A DNA stretch of 1,948 nt. It comes from Escherichia coli. Its GTDB lineage: Bacteria; Pseudomonadota; Gammaproteobacteria; Enterobacterales; Enterobacteriaceae. The stretch lies in assembly GCF_003334335.1 (NCBI RefSeq), contig NZ_QOWQ01000096.1, one strand, 5' to 3'. A program made the position numbers and the translations under genes. The notes beneath the pieces were generated by a model. The model was not told the DNA's origin and did not search any database. It saw only the letters and a program-made list of their open reading frames with translations. Shown in pieces: positions 1-1,948 of the stretch; the first letter of the stretch is position 1; the number at the start of each line of letters is the position of its first letter.

Positions 1-764
1 GTGCGTTTTTCCGGGTCATAGTTTGACGGCACCTGGATGATGCGACCGCGGATATGGTAGTTCACCGTCATCTGCTGACCACCAAACTGCTCCGCATCCA
101 CCTGCATCCCCACAATGGCCGTGTTCGGGTAGCACTGTTTCACATCGATGATTTCGGTGTATGACGACCACAGCGTTCTGTTCTGCAGCTGGTCCGTGGT
201 GCTGTCCGCCGTCTCCCTGACCATCCGGATGTTAAAGGGGCGGGGAGGCAGATTATCCAGAATCACCGACGCAAGGAACTGTGAGGTGGTCTTGCCGTTA
301 ATGGTGACATCCTTTTCCGTCACCCAGTTACCGTTACGCTGTAACTGAATCAGCAGACGGACAGAGGACGGATTACGGTCACCCTTTGACGTGGTCTCCA
401 CCAGTGACTGCACCCCGAAGGTCACCCGCAGGCGGTCAATGTTCGCTGACGTAATGGTGCGTGTTACCGGTTTTGCCCTGGTCACTTCGACACCCAGTAC
501 AGTTTCAGAGCCGGAGGACTCAAAGCCTTCCGGTGGTGTCTGCTCCTGCTCCCCGGCACGCCAGACCGCGGTCACACCGTGTATCACGGGATTACCGTCC
601 GTGTCCGTCAGCGGGGTTTTGTTCACCAGAATACTCTGCAGGCCTTTCACCGGGCCTTCTATCGGTCCCTCACCAATCGCATCAATCACGCTCATCATCT
701 GCGTGGATTTGAGATTATCCTTCACCTCACGAGGCGTGTGTGCCTTACCGCCACCTTTACCCAC
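1..764 (-). CDS. J: Host-specificity / tail-tip protein J (central tail fibre), N-terminal ~254 codons; gene continues past the window start
   Basis: Reverse-complement translation from GTG at 764..762 gives MGKGGGKAHTPREVKDNLKSTQMMSVIDAIGEGPIEGPVKGLQSILVNKTPLTDTDGNPV...NIRMVRETADSTTDQLQNRTLWSSYTEIIDVKQCYPNTAIVGMQVDAEQFGGQQMTVNYHIRGRIIQVPSNYDPEKRT, open to position 1. This closely matches the lambda gpJ N-terminus as I recall it (MGKGSSKGHTPREAKDNLKST...). There is no in-frame ATG upstream before a stop, and an AGGAGAGGGG Shine-Dalgarno lies 6 nt upstream. It is not in the ORF track only because it is truncated by the window edge. Confidence 0.9.
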   Translation of the reverse strand, partial: MGKGGGKAHTPREVKDNLKSTQMMSVIDAIGEGPIEGPVKGLQSILVNKTPLTDTDGNPVIHGVTAVWRAGEQEQTPPEGFESSGSETVLGVEVTRAKPVTRTITSANIDRLRVTFGVQSLVETTSKGDRNPSSVRLLIQLQRNGNWVTEKDVTINGKTTSQFLASVILDNLPPRPFNIRMVRETADSTTDQLQNRTLWSSYTEIIDVKQCYPNTAIVGMQVDAEQFGGQQMTVNYHIRGRIIQVPSNYDPEKR

Positions 765-770
765 TCGATC

Positions 771-780
771 CCCCTCTCCT
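771..780 (-). promoter_or_regulatory. Shine-Dalgarno sequence for J (AGGAGAGGGG on the minus strand)
   Basis: Minus-strand sequence reads AGGAGAGGGG-GATCGA-GTG; the purine-rich block sits 6 nt upstream of the GTG start at 764..762. Confidence 0.6.
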
Positions 781-805
781 GTCTGATGTCTGAATTTGTT
801 TATGC

Positions 806-838
806 CCAAAAAACAACAGGCACCCCGGAGGGTGCCTG
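806..838 (-). terminator. Rho-independent terminator on the minus strand, about 42 nt upstream of the J start
   Basis: Perfect 9-bp GC-rich inverted repeat CAGGCACCC (817..825) / GGGTGCCTG (830..838) with a 4-nt loop (826..829). On the minus strand the hairpin is followed immediately by UUGUUUUUUGGGC (plus 816..806). On the plus strand it is followed by CAUCAUGACGG with no U-tract, so it is unidirectional. Confidence 0.7.
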
Positions 839-876
839 CATCATGACGGAATAAAAATTCTGAATATCTTCACATT

Positions 877-904
877 TTCACAAACTGACTGTGGCGCGTA
901 TAAT
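877..904 (+). promoter_or_regulatory. Sigma70-type promoter on the plus strand: -35 TTCACA (877..882), 16-bp spacer, -10 TATAAT (899..904), with an A/T-rich UP-like tract upstream (~848..872)
   Basis: The -10 hexamer is a perfect TATAAT and the -35 matches TTGACA at 5 of 6 positions with 16-bp spacing. The upstream tract AATAAAAATTCTGAATATCTT is AT-rich. Predicted transcription start is about 911..913. Confidence 0.6.
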
Positions 905-910
905 TTCGCT

Positions 911-1008
911 GCGTTAGTGTTTTTTCTGCCCGAGTAACAAAAACAACTCCTTAACATTAATCTTCATTTGTCTGTCCCGCAGCTCCGCGATCACTGCGGG
1001 ATTTTTTT
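911..1008 (+). ncRNA. Candidate small RNA (~98 nt) in the I-J spacer, transcribed antisense to the tail operon
   Basis: Predicted start 7 to 9 nt after the TATAAT and 3' end at the U-tract of the plus-strand terminator. No ATG occurs anywhere in the transcript and the only GTG-initiated frame is 6 codons. An A/U-rich single-stranded stretch (CUUCAUUUGUCUG, 961..973) lies directly 5' of the terminator hairpin. Both ends are predicted, not mapped. Confidence 0.45.
975..1008 (+). terminator. Rho-independent terminator on the plus strand
   Basis: 8-bp stem TCCCGCAG (975..982) / CTGCGGGA (994..1001) with 6 G-C pairs and an 11-nt loop, followed by TTTTTTT (1002..1008) and then ATGTTTTAT. On the minus strand the same hairpin is preceded, not followed, by the run, so it is oriented to stop plus-strand transcription. 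It abuts the I stop codon (1014..1016). Confidence 0.75.
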
Positions 1009-1013
1009 ATGTT

Positions 1014-1694
1014 TTATCCCTGTCGACCAATAACCACGACCTTTCCGCCCCCGCCTTCATCACGGGTACTGATGTCCTGGGATATACGGCGGGAGCCAAC
1101 CAGCATTTCCCCGTAAGGCACCGGCATCGGGTTACCCTGGGCAATCATGTTGTCCAGTGAGGAAAAGTACGTGTTCTGTTTACCGTTATCCGTTGCCCGG
1201 TAATCCGGTGTTTTTGCCTTCGGGGCCAGCATCTGGGCCACACCGCCCAGAATCATGCTGGCTCCAAGTGAAAACAGCATCGTGGTGGCAGAAAAACCAC
1301 CGGCTGCCAGGGCTGAACCCCATAACGCCATCGTGGCTCCGGCAGTGAAGAAAGAGCCCACGATGGCCGCCGCCCCCAGCACAATCTGCAGTCCGCCCTT
1401 TCCGGCACCGGCCAGTCGCGGCACAATATGGATGACCGTTCCCTCACCCAGTGGTTCGTGAAGGCGGGCATACACCGCCTCCGGTGCCGTGTCATCACCG
1501 GCAATACGTATCTGGTACCAGCCTTCGTTCATCTGACGGCGAAAGCCCGGCACCTGCAGCGACAGGGCACGGATGGCTTCCGCTGCCGTGTTCACATACA
1601 GGCTGATGCGGCGACCAAATCGTTGTAAATCCCCGTGAAGGCAGATGCGGACCAGTGGCGGTGACGCCAGACAGAATGCGTTCGTCGTTGCCAT
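1014..1694 (-). CDS. I: Tail assembly protein I (lambda gpI family): N-terminal ubiquitin-like domain plus Gly/Ala-rich hydrophobic C-terminal region
   Basis: Complete 226-aa ORF from ATG at 1694..1692 to TAA at 1016..1014. The translation MATTNAFCLASPPLVRICLHGDLQRFGRRISLYVNTAAEAIRALSLQVPGFRRQ...GKQNTYFSSLDNMIAQGN...GEMLVGSRRISQDISTRDEGGGGKVVVIGRQG closely resembles lambda gpI as I recall it. A GAGAGAGG purine run (1706..1713) lies 11 nt upstream of the start. Position immediately downstream of K and upstream of J matches the conserved K-I-J order. Confidence 0.92.
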   Translation of the reverse strand: MATTNAFCLASPPLVRICLHGDLQRFGRRISLYVNTAAEAIRALSLQVPGFRRQMNEGWYQIRIAGDDTAPEAVYARLHEPLGEGTVIHIVPRLAGAGKGGLQIVLGAAAIVGSFFTAGATMALWGSALAAGGFSATTMLFSLGASMILGGVAQMLAPKAKTPDYRATDNGKQNTYFSSLDNMIAQGNPMPVPYGEMLVGSRRISQDISTRDEGGGGKVVVIGRQG

Positions 1695-1948
1695 TTTTCG
1701 GAATACCTCTCTCGTTTGCTCAGTTGTTCAGGAATATGGTGCAGCAGCTCGCCATCACCACAGTAAATGGCGGCATGATTCGGCACCGATGAACCAAAAC
1801 AGCACAGCAGCACATCGCCCGGTTGTGCTGATGACAACGGCACCTGATACAGCCCTGTGGCCTCCAGATTATCCAGGTACAGGTTCTGGCCGTTGCGCCA
1901 CCAGTCATCCTCGCGATGAAAATCCGGCATATCAATTCCCGCCAGATG
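1592..1948 (-). CDS. K: Tail assembly protein K (lambda gpK family), C-terminal NlpC/P60 (C40 peptidase-like) region; N-terminus lies beyond the window end
   Basis: The frame is open from the window edge (...HLAGID-MPDFHREDDWWRNGQNLYLDNLEATGLYQVPLSSAQPGDVLLCCFGSSVPNHAAIYCGDGELLHHIPEQLSKRERY...) to TGA at 1594..1592. The Met at 1930 given in the ORF track is internal, not the true start. The LLCCFG Cys and downstream His residues are typical of NlpC/P60 tail-assembly proteins. The ORF overlaps the I start by 103 nt in a different frame. Confidence 0.9.
   Translation of the reverse strand, partial: HLAGIDMPDFHREDDWWRNGQNLYLDNLEATGLYQVPLSSAQPGDVLLCCFGSSVPNHAAIYCGDGELLHHIPEQLSKRERYSEKWQRRTHSVWRHRHWSASAFTGIYNDLVAASACM

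Noticed and set aside
148-348. Plus-strand ORF of 66 aa
   Set aside because: Lies antisense within the well-supported J coding region; no RBS and a low-complexity translation; an ORF shadow.
817-838. The 806..838 hairpin as a plus-strand terminator or bidirectional terminator
   Set aside because: On the plus strand the hairpin is followed by CAUCAUGACGG rather than a U-tract; only the minus strand has the U-run.
391-854. Three overlapping plus-strand ORFs (391..786, 461..712, 579..854)
   Set aside because: All are antisense to J with Arg/Ser/Pro-rich translations typical of reverse-strand reading of a GC-rich gene. The last merely runs into the spacer before hitting a stop.
839-1013. Possible minus-strand promoter or small peptide genes in the spacer (for example 17-aa MKINVKELFLLLGQKKH and a 14-aa ORF over the terminator)
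   Set aside because: No convincing -10/-35 pair on the minus strand, and the peptides lack RBS support and overlap structured RNA elements.
1253-1504. Minus-strand 83-aa ORF in an alternate frame inside I
   Set aside because: Entirely nested within I in another frame with an Arg/Trp/Cys-rich translation; the I frame has the strong homology.
1157-1628. Plus-strand ORFs 1157..1348, 1255..1461 and 1428..1628
   Set aside because: Antisense to I; short, no convincing start context, and translations lack protein-like composition.
1928-1930. ATG at 1930 as the start of K
   Set aside because: The frame stays open upstream to the window edge (...HLAGID before the Met) and the C40 domain would be incomplete, so the Met is internal and K is truncated by the window.
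1720-1935. Minus-strand 71-aa ORF in an alternate frame inside K
   Set aside because: Nested out of frame in K; Cys/Arg-rich nonsense-like translation, while the K frame carries the recognisable NlpC/P60 sequence.

Overview
This window is a segment of a lambdoid phage or prophage tail-tip assembly module, encoded entirely on the minus strand in the order K (C-terminal part, 1592..1948), I (1014..1694) and J (N-terminal ~254 codons, 1..764). The calls rest on my own reverse-complement translation, which closely resembles lambda gpK, gpI and gpJ as I recall them; no database search was possible. The stretch worth a second look is the I-J spacer (765..1013). It is about 250 bp long and AT-rich, and it holds a self-contained plus-strand unit: a near-consensus sigma70 promoter (TTCACA-16 bp-TATAAT, 877..904), a roughly 98-nt region with no ORF, and an intrinsic terminator (975..1008). 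I read this as a moron-borne small-RNA gene transcribed antisense to the tail operon. A separate strong intrinsic terminator on the minus strand (806..838) sits just upstream of the J start. All ORF-track entries on the plus strand, and the alternate-frame minus-strand ones, are shadows of K, I or J.
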